DNA of 45,488 nucleotides, from assembly GCA_000826855.1 (NCBI GenBank), contig JTLS01000023.1:1-45488 (forward strand), in the 5' to 3' direction. This document shows, piece after piece, positions 28,501 through 40,755 of the stretch (position 1 is its first letter; the number at the start of each line of letters is the position of its first letter). The notes beneath the pieces are model-generated. The model made no database searches and had not been told where the DNA came from. It worked only from the letters and a program-made list of their open reading frames with translations. Origin of the DNA: Basidioascus undulatus (Eukaryota). Position numbers and translations under genes: made by a program.

Positions 28501-30060
28501 GCGGGTTGGCTTGTAAAGAACTGTTGAAGAAAACGAACCTTGTGCCTGAAGCATGAGCGAATATTTCCTCCAGACGGCGCTTTCAAAAGGGAGCCAGGGC
28601 TAGAGGGGGTGGTCACAGCCGGGATGGCTCAGCATGCCTCACACTGCAAGGAGTGAACATCGCACTTGAGCAAATGACCTCCAAGTTGGCTTAATGACTT
28701 TAGCATTGTCCATCCCAGAAACTTCTGGAAGTGCAGATTACTCTGACGGAGAGTTATTATCTGTCGCACCGCACTCCGGAAGTGATTTCCTGGGCTTGTG
28801 ACCCCCCACATTGAGTGAAGCGACTCATGAAACGAGCATCACCAGAGTTACCCCAGCCATCACCGCCAGTTTTTGAAGCGGAGGTTGTTGCTCTCTTTGG
28901 AGAGAGAGGTGAAATACACCTCACCCTGGTTGGCCCCGGTCTTCGCTCTGTCTGTAGTATACCCAACCCCAGCAGCGGCCGCGGACCTGTCTGAGTAGGC
29001 CATACAAACAGACATGATGAGTGGGAACTATGAGTGAAGGGAAGATCTAGTGGGATGCACACAGATCTCGATCAGCCAAACGCCTACAAAGAAACATCCA
29101 CATGCTCAGAAAGACTTCGACGTCTGTGACTCAGCTGAACAATGAGGCGTTCACCCTCCACGCGCAAGCCATCCAGATGTATGACAAGGAAAAGACAAAG
29201 AAGCTGGTAATAATGACGAATGGAAGACTTCTTCGGCGTGCATTTTTATAGTATGTCGGGCCTGGGCAGGCCGGAAGGGAGGATGGGCTATTAGAAGGTC
29301 AACTTCTTTGACGGCCCGTGTACCAGAAGCCTTTATGGTTAGTCATAGCTTACCCTGCGCAATATTCCACGATGCGTCACGTGAGCGTGCACATGCTGTG
29401 CAGAGAGTTGCACTGCGTTCTCCGTGACAGCTCGGCCTCCTCACGCCCTTCGCCCTCTCAAACCCTCTCTGTGCGTCCCAGCTCCAGGCTCGTAAGCTTT
29501 CTATCGGGGAAATTTGCTTTTGACAATGGATAGTTGCAAGCATTCAACAGCACGAATATGCATGCACCAATCTGTCTGTTGTAGTAGCCGTGCATCGGGG
29601 CAAAAGCCAAAGGCGAAACCGCATTCGAAAATGCTGTAAGTGGCACTTATATGTGCAATGTCCCGGCAGTGTCAGCTTCATGTTCTGAGACAGTGATCTC
29701 CAGTAAAACTCTTGTTCCTCGTTGGATATCAACGACCATGGGCGTGAGAGAGCCAGAGATCGGAAGACCACGGCCGTACACTGCAGGGCTTCCACCTTCT
29801 GATACGCCTCTTGACCGTCGAGTGTGCGCAGATGCCTGTGTTTGCTGTGACAATGATTGTGTAAACATTCTTCGGATTTCGAACAATGGAGAGAGTGTTT
29901 CTGGCGCCTATCGTCGTCAGATCCTAGCCCACACGCTCGCCCACACGCTCGCAGACCGCGTAATAGTCAACACGCACGCGACGTGATCCAATGCTAACCG
30001 GAGACAATAACAACAACACGAAAGTACTCCAGAAAAGAAACACAACAAAGCTAATCCGCA

Positions 30061-33000
30061 TCACAGCCGGCTCTCTTCCCGGAACACCGCGTCGTGCTGT
30101 CCCGGAAGGCGTCCAAACGCGATGTCGAGCGCCTGCGGAATGGTTTTGACGTAGTGGATAGCCATTTCGTCGCGGACCTGTTGGCGAGGCATGTCAATCA
30201 CAATACGCTCTTACTCATATGAGTGAACTAGAGACTTGCCTGCGCCGGCACGTCGCCTTCGACGTCCTTGCGGTTGCGGTGCGGGATGATCACAGTGCGA
30301 ATGCCGGCCCGCGAGGCCCCGATCAGCTTCTCGCGAATGCCTATCGACAATGAAAAGAAGCGTTAGTCATGGAAGACCTAACAGCAGCATGACGTTACGT
30401 ACCGCCGACGGAAGTGACCAGGCCACGCAACTGTGCAATTGATCGGGTGAGCCTCGTGCCGCGTGGACTGGATCGCCAGGAAAGCGTACAGTAACTTCTC
30501 CGGTCATAGCGAGCGTCGTCGGCAGTGCGCGATCCGTCAAGAGCGAGACGAACGCGCAAACCATCGCGATACCCGCACCTGTAGCAGCAGCCGTCAGTCC
30601 TGCCCATCGCCCGCAATGCTTAGCGGTAGCGCTTACTTGGCCCATCCTTCGGAACGGCACCGCTGCAAATTGAGGCGCCATCAGCTTCGCCATCAGCTTC
30701 GGCTCGAACTGGATGAAAGCAGGAGGCAGCGTACCTTGGCATATGTAAGTGAACATCGATCCCCTGCAAGCAGTCGTCCTCACGCTTCTCCACCAGGCCG
30801 AGCTCGTGAGCATGCGAGCGCACCTATTACCTGTCTCGTCAGAATTTGGTCATTTTTGAATAGCAGGGATTGGAAGACAGACCCATGTCAACGCGACCTT
30901 CGCGGACTCTTGGATGACGTCCCCGAGCGAGCCGCTGAGCTGCAGCGCGCCGTTCCCAGCGTAAGACGTTGCCTCGATGGGCAGAATGCCTGTTCCCACC
31001 CAAATCATGAGCAGGTGCTCCTCAAAAAGTCGAAGGCAAGTAAATCGCACCTCCGTTCCCGCTACCCATGTACGCGAGACCTGTCGCACAGCCCGATTTG
31101 CTTTCCTTCTCGGCGACCTCCGGCTCGAAGCGCGGAATGCCCAGCGCAGCCTCGACGTCCTTTTCACTGACATGCGGGTCGTACTCGGCCCCGCTGCCGC
31201 GCGACTCGGCGTACTGGACAGCCTTGGCGCGGAGAACAGATCCAAGCTCGCGCTCGAGCGTGCGGACGCCTGCTTCGCGGGTGTACGAAGTGGCGATCTT
31301 GCTGAAAATCAGTCGTGAGCGTCAGTATGAGGTAGCAAGAGCGCAGAAATGCGGGCTGCGCCGCACAGAATGATCTCGTCGTCGATGTCCACCTGCGAGG
31401 GCTGCAAAGCGTTGGCCTTGAGCTGCTTCGGCAACAAGTCTGATTGCGGAATCGTGAGCATCCGTACAGCGGGCGAGAAAGGGAGGTGTGACATACAACG
31501 CCTTGCGATCGCAAGCTTCTCGTCCCATGTGTATCCAGAAAGCTCGATCACCTCCATGCGGTCAAGCTGGAGATTTTCGTCAGAGACTCTTCTACGAAAT
31601 ACAAAAAACAAAGTAACGCACCAGCGGGGCGGAGATCGTCGAGACGTCGTTTGCGGTGGCGATGAAGAGGCAGGTCGAAAGGCTGTTGCTTGCATGATGA
31701 GCACAGAAGCTAGATGTGTCAAACATACGGAAATTTACTCTACGGGCAGGTTGATGTAGTGGTCCGTGAAAGTGTTGTTCTGCTCCGGGTCGAGGACTTC
31801 GAGGAGCGCAGCCTGTGGGTCGCCGTGGAAGCCATTCCCGGACGAGACCTTGTCCACCTGCCAAACCGCCGCTCACGCTCAGCATCGACCAGTTAAGGAA
31901 GGCAGATGGGAACACACCTCGTCTAGCAGCACGACAGGGTTGTTGATGCCAACCTTCTTCAGGCCCTGACAGATCACCTGCGCAGAAAGAGATAAGCATT
32001 GAGATGCGGAGAGCGCATGAAACAGCATCGAGAACGGACGCCTGGCATAGCGCCGACGTAAGTGCGCCGATGACCACGAAGCTCCGCCTCTACGCAGGAC
32101 AAACGCGCATTATCAGTGCCTCGTCCAAACCACGCGAGTAGCCACGTGAATAAGACCATACCGTCGCGGACGCCACCCAACGCAATGCGATGGAACTTGC
32201 GGTTCATGCTCTCAGCCAAGGAGCGGGCGATCGAGGTCTTGCCGACTCCGGGGGGTCCGCTGCAGCACAGATGTTAAGAGACGGGCCTGCCAAACGTATA
32301 GATGGGTACAAGCAGCGTACACAAGCTGCACGGAAAATATCCAGTCAACCTCGTCTCAAGCACATGAGGGAGAGTGGCAAAAAGACGGACGAGTATGATA
32401 GGACCCTTATCCGCGATCTTCAGCTTCTTGGTCTGCGTTGGCGGGGGTTTCGCAGCGCCGTCTGGCCTGGGCTCTTCGGCGAGCGCAGGGACGTTGGACG
32501 ACTCGACGGCGGTGGACGCGGCGGTCTCCTCGGCGAGGTCGAGCTTGAGCTTGCGCACGGCCAGATACTCCAACAAGCGCTTCTTGACCTTCTCCAGCCC
32601 GTAGTGGTCGTCGTCGAGCTGCTCCTTCGCACGCTGATACACCCGCCCGACCAGTTATACGTGAGCTATCGCAGTCCGGTGTACTCGCAGATGCTAGTGG
32701 GAAACCAAAAAACGTACCGCAAGGAAGTCCGGCCCGATGTTCTCTTCCGAACTCCGTTCCCAAGGCATCTCCAGCAGCCACGAGAGGTACGTCCGGATGA
32801 CGTTAAACTCGGCCGATGCTGTAAAGCGCACGCAGTCAATGCAAATGTCCACAGCAGCGTGCGTAAAAAGATAAACAGACACACAGGGAGGGATCTTGTT
32901 AAGCCGCTTGAGCTCGCGCCTGGCGGTTGTGCGCGCCTCCTCGCTCAAGTGCTCGGCCTCCTCGATCGCCTTGGACAGCACCGCGAGCTCGTCCTCCTCC

Positions 33001-34296
33001 TCGTCGTCGACCTGGCCGTGAGATGGCCCGCGCCGAGAGTGCGGCTGCGAGCCGGGGGGGTTTAGCGACGCCAGCTCGCGGTTGATCGCGTCGAGCTGCT
33101 GCCGGAGGATGAACTCGCGCTGCTGCTTGGATCTGCAGTGAAATCTATGTTAAGACTGTCTCAGGACCGTAGCACGCTGTCTGCATACAGGTTGTTCTGG
33201 ACCGTTGCTGAGACCTGATGACCATGCCGATCAGCCTGAGAGCCTCGCCTGACCAAAGTCATCACTAGCGTACCTTCTTCGACACCTCATACACCGCATT
33301 CTGGTCCGACAAGATCTCGACGCTGCGCTTCACTCGCTCCTCCACATCCGGCGTCCCAAGCACCTCGAGCTTCTCCTCCCAGCTCGCGCCCGATTGGCTA
33401 ACGAGCAAGTCCGCCAAGCTGCCCGCCTGGCTCATCGTCGCGCTCGGGACGAACACCTTGAGTCTCCGGCTGACGAGGGGCGGCAACGGCCCGATGTGCG
33501 CCAGGAGCGTCGTCCCGACTGTCTTAAGGTCCGCGAGGAGCTGGGCGGACGCGGGCGTGCTCGCAGGGAGCGCTTGGTCCGGGAAGAGCGTTACGGACGC
33601 TTTGAAGGACGTCGACGTGCGCGACTGGATGAGCGTCACTGAGTCGAGCCGCACGCGCGAGACGCCCTCGAGGACGACGATCAGCTTGCCGGGCTTGCCG
33701 AGCGCACGCTCGATGCGGATGATGCGAGCGGCTGCGGACGCAACAGGCTCATCCATCTTCAGCAGCAGCTTCCCACAATGCTATAACAGGTTAATGAAGC
33801 AACTCACCGCATCCCCAATCATTCAGCTGCTCAGCCGAAACCGACTCCGGTCCATCATGGAGCACGAGCGCCCCGTCCTCCGCGGCGTCCTCCTCGGCCG
33901 CGGGCTCCACCTTCTCCGCCGCGTCCACTACGACGGGCTCGCTCGCCAGCTCCTTGCGCCGCGGCACGGCGGCCACCATGAGTGGCGGGGCCGGGTTGCC
34001 CGCTGCGCGCGCGGCGGCGGCGGCCTGCACGACCGGTTGGGACTCGGAGGCGGAGAGGGAGACGGAGAGGATGAGAGATGGGAAGAGGACTTGGTCGTTA
34101 GGGAGCTGAGTGGGGGGATGGCGCATTAGTTACAAGGACGATGGCAGCATATTTTTGGATGCGAGTAGCGCACAGGCAGCACGTGTAGCTCTACACAAAC
34201 GCCTCCAGTCAGCGATACGGTTCCTGTGGTGTCAATGCGGTACAGGGCGCTGCTTGCGAGGGACATACCAGACGGGACGACCACTCGACTGGCCAT
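30061..34296 (-). CDS. LONP2: Peroxisomal Lon protease (LonP2/PLN type, many exons)
   Basis: N-terminus [26 protein letters not shown]. Also [13 protein letters not shown], Walker [49 protein letters not shown], catalytic Ser motif KDGPSAG, and AMTGEVTLRG...GGIREK. C-terminal PTS1 SRL, then TGA at 30061. Confidence 0.95.
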
Positions 34297-34855
34297 TGCT
34301 ATTGTTGACGGCTTATAAATGTAAGGAAGTGGTAGAGTGTTGTTATGTGGACGCTTTGTGATAGACTATTGAAGAGGGAAGACGAGCAGACGAAGGCAGG
34401 TCGAGTGAGCACGATCACCACCGGCGCTGGCCTCTCCCGGGTCGCCGGCGTCATCTAATTCACATGCAAGACAAGTTTCGAACTGTCTTTCTCACCCCTT
34501 TGCATCTCCTCACTTCACGACAGTCTCTGACCTTTGCATTGTAGAAGAAAATGCCTCGTTCATGGCAAACCCTGGTGGGCAAACATCGAAACCTCGGCCG
34601 CGTTCGCCCGCGCAAGTCCGACAGCACACACACAACTCGGCTAGAGTATAAGGACATTTAGATGGGGGAAGAACACAAGCATGGAAGAAAGACGACGAAA
34701 GATGCAGGAACGAAAGAAAAGAGAAGAAGCGAAGAAGCGATAGAATACAATGCACGATGTGTGGGCCGCCCTCCTGCCCTCCCCTGGCCACCCAGTCCCC
34801 CCTCGCCCTACAAGACCCGACCCGCCAGCCAACAAGCCCGAACCAATGCGACAAT

Positions 34856-36375
34856 CTACTTGTGGCGGAGGTAAGAGCCGACAACGACAGCCTGTTCGCA
34901 GACGGAGAGCGTGTAAGCGAAAGGGCAGGGTGCGGCACGGTTGCTGGAGAGCACTTACGTGATCACGCTCGTACGGCTCGAGCGAGAGCTGCTCGTGGGG
35001 CTTGATGAACTCCTGCTGCAACTTCTTCACTTCGGAGGCGAACACGACCTCCGCGGGGGCGGTGGAGTCGATGCAGCTCGCCTTGATGGAGATGACGATG
35101 TGGCCGCCGTGCTTGAGGAAGTGGTGGGCGTTGAGGGCGACGATGCGGGCCTGGTCGGGCTGGGCGACGTCGGCGAAGATGACATCGACCGAGGCGAGGA
35201 GCATGCGGTACTTCATCGGGTGGCGAGCTGTGGGAAAAAAGCAGTCAGTGTCTGGTTTGAACAGGGAGTGAAGCGAAGGTGGGAAGACGCCGACGCACCG
35301 TCCTCGATGATGGGGATGACGTTCGTCCGCTTCTTCGCCATGTTGATCAAGTCACGACCGGAACGGTGCGAGAACTCGACCGCGTAAACCGTGCCCTCCT
35401 GCACACACCCCGGACCCTCTGTTCAGCCTACTCCACAGAACACTACAGCTCGCATCCTCAACGCGCGACGCACCGGCCCAACGACGTCCGCGACGTGCGA
35501 CACACTGGTGCCGGACGCGGCGCCGAGGTAGAGGACCTTTGCGCCGGGCTTGATGTGGATGTGGTCGAGACCGCCGAGGATGCCGGCGGCGAGCTTGGAG
35601 CGGAAGGGGTTCCAGACGCGGTACTCGGTCTTGGTGCCGTCGGCGCCCTCGATGCTGATCCGCTTCTCGCCGTAGACCGACTCGCCGGGGACAAGGTTCT
35701 TGGTCACCAGGAGGTGCTCCTTGCCTTTGGCGACGAACACACCACTGCACAGCAGAAAAAGCTGGTTTAGCCGGACACGCTTCGGAAGACGAGGAGGAAC
35801 AGAAAAGGAAGACGCACGGGTGACGGTGCGGCTCGAGGATGACGTTTGCGCCACCCTTCTTCGGGCCACCGCGGCCACCACCGCGGCCACCACGGCCACC
35901 TGGAATGCAGAAAGAGAGGTTGAGCGGGTGGGAAGCGGAAGAAGCAGCAGCACAGAAGACGGACCACGAGGAGCGCCTGCCAACTCGAGCGTCAGTTTCG
36001 TTCAAGCCTTCCGATGATTGAGGTGAAAGGATGAGCTTACCACGACCACCGCCCCGGCCACCACCACGGCCCTGAACACCACCGCCGCGAGTCGCACCGC
36101 CTACACATCGCAGCTCGGAGCATCAGCCGCCTGGCGGAAGTTTCCCATGGCACCACCCCAAGATCGGTCGACTCACCGCGACCGCCACCAAAGCCGCCGC
36201 GACCACCGCCACGGCCACCGCCAAAGCCGCCACGGCCACCACCACGACCACCACGGCCGCCGCGGTCTATCGTGTCGAGGGAGAAGGGAGAAGACGGAGG
36301 GTGTCAGCACTTCTGCGCCTGGCTCGGCCCAGGCAGGCGGGCGGTGAAGTGGGAATCACCTCCGCCGAACGCCAT
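34856..36375 (-). CDS. NOP1: Fibrillarin, rRNA 2'-O-methyltransferase
   Basis: N-terminal RGG/GAR repeats, [85 protein letters not shown]. Confidence 0.97.
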
Positions 36376-36736
36376 CGTTGTCGGTTTTAAAGGAAGGGGG
36401 GAGAGTGAGGTTTTAGGAGGAAAAGAGGAGGCGCCAGCGGTAGGAGGCTGACAACGCGGAGAAAGGGAGACGAGGAGGATGGGTAAAAAGGCAGAGGGAA
36501 GTTGTAGCGAGGGACCTTTGCCTGCAAGTCTTCTCACAATTCTCGTCGGCGCTCAGTGCCGCCTATCGGTCAACCCAGGTTTCTTCCTGAGGCCCCTTGA
36601 CTGCCTCGCGCGCGTCCCGACGCGACTTGTGCTCTTCTCGTGTCCTCCTTGCCCTCATCCTCACGTCTTAATACAATCTCCGGCATTTTCAGTTCCAGCA
36701 ACCAACTGAGGGTTTTAACATATTTGGAACATTTGA
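36376..36736. promoter_or_regulatory. Short divergent intergenic region, probable bidirectional promoter for NOP1 and gamma-tubulin
   Basis: Head-to-head ATGs at 36375 (-) and 36737 (+), 361 nt apart. Confidence 0.55.
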
Positions 36737-39195
36737 ATGGGTCGTGAAATTATGTACGCTCACAACACCGTATTCCTCGGGCGTCCGGCGCGGTTGCCCT
36801 GCTGCTGACAGTTTCACGCCCGTGTGCTGGCAGTACACTGCAAGTCGGGCAGGCTGGTAATGCAGGTTAGCAATTCCTCCATCATACGCACCAGTGCATA
36901 CCCAGCCCCTACCTGGCCGCGATTCTCGCCTATCGGGCCGCTCGGTCTCACCCAGAGGGCTTCTGCCCCTCCTCCTGAGGCGAACGGGAACGGCCAGGCA
37001 GCACAGGGTAGATTGGTGGGGTGGGACGATTTGAGGGCTGGAGGATAGAGGTTCCAGGCTGGAGGAGCGGCTGGCTTGGAGGGACTTGAGGGCTGGTGGA
37101 TACTCTGGATACTCCTGGTCGAAGTGGTCAGCACGTCCTCGCCCACTGCCCCTCGCACGTTGCCTCACACTACTCACATTCAACTATCTTCTGACCTGAT
37201 ACTCACATACATATTTCCTGCCCCCACAGTCGGCGCCTCCTTCTGGCAGCAGCTCTGCGTCGAGCACGGCATCTCCCCCTCGGGGACGCTCGAGGACTGG
37301 GCGACAGACACGTCCGACCGGAAGGACGTCTTCTTCTACCAAGCCGACGACGACCACTACATCCCGCGTGCCATCCTCGTCGATCTCGAACCCCGCGTGC
37401 GTCCTCTCTCCCATTTCTCCCTCCCCTCCCCCTCGCTCTCACCCCCGGCCGGCGGCAGGTCATCAACCAAATCACTGCAGGCCCGTACGCGCACCTGTAC
37501 AACCCGGAGAACATCTACATGTCGAAGGACGGGGGCGGGGCAGGGAACAACTGGGCGATGGGTTACGGCGCGGGGGAGCGCATCTACGAGGACATCATCG
37601 AGATGATTGATCGGGAGGCGGACGGGTCGGATTCGCTCGAGGTGCGTGCGCCCTGTCCCTCGTTCTATCGTCTTTCCCTTATTGCGTGTCTGAGTTCAAT
37701 GATTCCACACCACTCAGGGCTTCATGCTCCTGCATTCGATCGCGGGCGGTACAGGCTCAGGCCTGGGGTCGTTCCTGCTCGAGCGGCTGAACGACCGCTT
37801 CCCCAAGAAGCTCATCCAGACGTACTCTGTCTTCCCCAACAACCAGGAGACGTCCGACGTCGTCGTGCAGCCGTACAACTCGCTCCTCGCGCTCAAGCGC
37901 CTCGTCAACCACGCCGACAGCGTCATCGTCCTCGATAACGCCGCTCTCGCGCGCATCGCCGCGGACCGCCTCCACCTCCAGAACCCCACGTTCGCGCAGA
38001 CGAACCAACTCGTGCGTGATGCGGTCCTTCTGCTTTGAAAGAAGCTTTATGCGCGAGACGAGACTGATGCGTATGGGGGAAGGTCTCCACTGTCATGTCC
38101 GCCTCGACCACGACGCTGCGCTACCCCGGGTACATGAACAACGACCTCGTCGGCATCATCGCGTCCCTCATCCCCACGCCGCGCTGCCACTTCCTCATGA
38201 CCTCCTACACGCCCTTCACGTCCGACCAAGTCGACAATGTCCGCCGCCCCTCTCCCCACCCCCCACGCCCATCTCCAGTCCCCCGAACTGACGTCTTTCG
38301 CTCACGAATCACCAGGCCCGCGGCATCCGCCGCACGACCGTCCTCGACGTCATGCGCCGCCTGCTGCAGCCCAAGAATCGCATGGTCTCAACCACGCCGA
38401 ACAAGTCGAGCTGCTATATCTCCCTCCTCAACATCATCCAGGGCGATGTCGACCCCACGGACGTGCGTTTTCCCACCCCTCCTCTCCGCTTCCCTCATCA
38501 CTCTCCAACTCTTTGTCCCCTTTTTCATCTTGTGACAGGTCCACAAATCCCTCCTCCGTATCCGCGAGCGCCAGCTCGCCAACTTCATCCCCTGGGGCCC
38601 CGCGTCGATCCAAGTGGCGCTGACGAAGAAGTCTCCCTACACCGCGTCCTCGCACCGCGTGAGCGGGCTCATGCTCGCCAACCACACCTCCATAGCCTCC
38701 GTGCGTTTCCGAACATCCCCATGTCCTCTTAAACTACACATTCGCGGAGGTTCGCTGACCCGCGTTGTGTTGGGACGGCAGCTGTTTAAGCGCGTCCTGG
38801 ACCAGTACGACCGCCTCCGGAAGAGGAACGCGTTCTTGGAGCAGTACAAGCGCGAGCGCGTGTTCTCCAATGGGTTGGAAGAGTTTGACGAGTCAAGGTT
38901 CGTCTCCGTTCCCCATCACGCTGGTTGAGAGCTGCGGTGCTGATTTTGGGCGACGCGCGCACAGGGAAGTCGTTCAGGAGATGATTAACGAGTATGGGGT
39001 GCGTGCCTGTTCTTATTGCCATCTCGTTGACCACCAGCTGACTCGGCGGCGGGACTGCAGGCTTCAGAAAGAGAAGACTACACCGAGTGCGTATAACCAC
39101 GCATGGACCGGCTGCAGCTAGTCTCCGTTCCTCCTTGCTCACGGACGGGCGAGAAACACAGATACCACGTCCCCGTGGGGGAGGACGAGTCCTAG
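36737..39195 (+). CDS. TUB4: Gamma-tubulin
   Basis: [31 protein letters not shown], gamma-specific [67 protein letters not shown]. Ends ...VGEDES TAG at 39195. Confidence 0.97.
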
Positions 39196-39339
39196 CACCG
39201 CGCATTTGTTTACTGCACCCTTGTCGACTCATCTTATACTTGTATTGTCTCGCCTGTACTCGCAATATACCACCCCCTCGCCTCTTGTGAAAGGCTGCCA
39301 TTTTGCGTTTGGTCGGCTTGTGGTGTCGGCCATGCTCGG

Positions 39340-39408
39340 TTTCGTGTTGAAAGGGTTCCGTGTCGAAAGGGTTCCACGGGGAAAGCTTTCCGTGTCGAAA
39401 GGTTTCCG
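39340..39408. repeat. Imperfect 16-bp tandem array, about 4.3 copies (consensus TTCCGTGTCGAAAGGG)
   Basis: tttcgtgttgaaaggg / ttccgtgtcgaaaggg / ttccacggggaaagct / ttccgtgtcgaaaggt / ttccg. Confidence 0.85.
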
Positions 39409-40701
39409 GCAAACGTTGACCTTGCACAAGCAAGGGGCGAACATCCAGTGGAAGCGCAGAGCTATCATGGCCTTCGCAGTGTATCACTCCCAAATGATCC
39501 CTAGTACTCGCAGTTACTCTCGACCTTCACACGCCCATCATCAAAAATGCCCAAGTATGTGTAAAGCCAGAAATTAGAAATGTAGCGGACAGACCCCTGG
39601 CCTGGCCACCCACCCTCGCAGTGGCGATGACCACAGTCTGAAACTCCCTGCATTATCAAAACACACAGGGAAGACCTATCAGATACAAACAGTTGATTGG
39701 CAGACGCACCTTAGATACGATTGTGCAGCGAATCGTCATACCTGCAGCTGATTCTGCATTCGTGTGGTGGCGCACTGTGCACCACCTCCCACCATGCTCT
39801 TGAAATTCATCCACGCCTACTGGTATTACCATGGACACTATACATAACCATAATAAGTACGGTTCCTCGGCCTTCTTTCAGCGCTGGGACGGATGCCGCT
39901 TCGAGAAGTCACGTGGAAGGTGCTCCTTGGCGACGTTAGCGAGGACCCCGCTGGCGGAGCGGCTTACAAAGCTTCTTGCCGCGCCACCATTCCTCGCTGA
40001 AACAATCAACACCCTCAAACATGTTCACTTCTATCTTGAGAAAAGAGTTCTCCAGCAACGGCGAGGAAGTAGTCTCAGGTGCGATGTTCGAGCGTCTCCG
40101 AGCGGTCGCGTCAAAGTTTGGGAGGTTGGACGGTGCGCTCATTTTCTGTTTCGCCTTTCATCTTCTCGGGGCTTACTTCGGCATGCTCTGCCCTGTCTGT
40201 ACAACAGGGGGGAAGTCAAATTGATACATAGCTTCGTTCGGTCTTGAGACGGGTTACGCATTTTGCGGGGACATGCGCAGGTCACGAATGCATACAGGAC
40301 TTTTTGCTGAGGCATGGCCCATCTGTTCTGGAAAGCTAGTGAACTGAATGTTCAACAATGTCGTGCTGAGAAGTGGGTCTCGGGTGGGCAGACAGGTAAT
40401 AGTTTTGCAGTACAAGACTGCGCACCACCAGGCTGCTGTGAATCCTCGCGCTCGTCCTTGTATTCCTTTCGCGACCGCTCAGACTGGACATGCTCTCCCC
40501 ACTAGTGTTTGCACGCGTCCGCTTACGCGCGTACGGCCGCGATGGTGAGGTGAAGGGGTTTGACGTGGACGTACCACGAACGACGGCACTTGTTCTTGCA
40601 CTCGTAGACTGCGTAGAAGTGGGAAGGACAGTATTGTGAACGTGAACGAGGGAGAGTGACGAGACGAGTACAAGGCCGTACAACTTGACACCGAGACTTT
40701 G

Positions 40702-40755
40702 TACCTTTCCGGAAGCCTCTACCTTTCTGGATACCTCTACCTTTCTGGACGCCTC
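40702..40755. repeat. Imperfect 18-bp tandem array, 3 copies (TACCTTTCYGGANNCCTC)
   Basis: tacctttccggaagcctc / tacctttctggatacctc / tacctttctggacgcctc. Confidence 0.85.

Noticed and set aside
29255..29318. GCAGGCCGGAAGGGAGGA resembling SRP RNA helix 8, with flanking CGGGCC/GGCCCG
   Set aside because: It lacks the conserved AGCA strand and a proper stem around the GGAA loop, and no Alu or helix 6 context is visible.
29927..29952. 12-bp duplication GCCCACACGCTC x2; also (GGA)n near 26496-26516 and a poly-A/poly-C run near 41625-41680
   Set aside because: These are ordinary slippage repeats with no associated element structure.
35900..36360. Possible intronic box C/D snoRNAs in NOP1
   Set aside because: The apparently long intron resolves into two short introns around a GAPR microexon, and no C/D box pair was seen on the sense strand.
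39340..39408. Tandem array as a CRISPR-like array or heat-shock element
   Set aside because: The units are contiguous with no unique spacers, the context is eukaryotic, and GAA-TTC spacing is 4 nt rather than the 2 nt of an HSE.
39831..40247. ORF with faint kinase-like wording (TLKHVH...GRVKVWEVG)
   Set aside because: No HRD or DFG motifs, so it is too weak to call.
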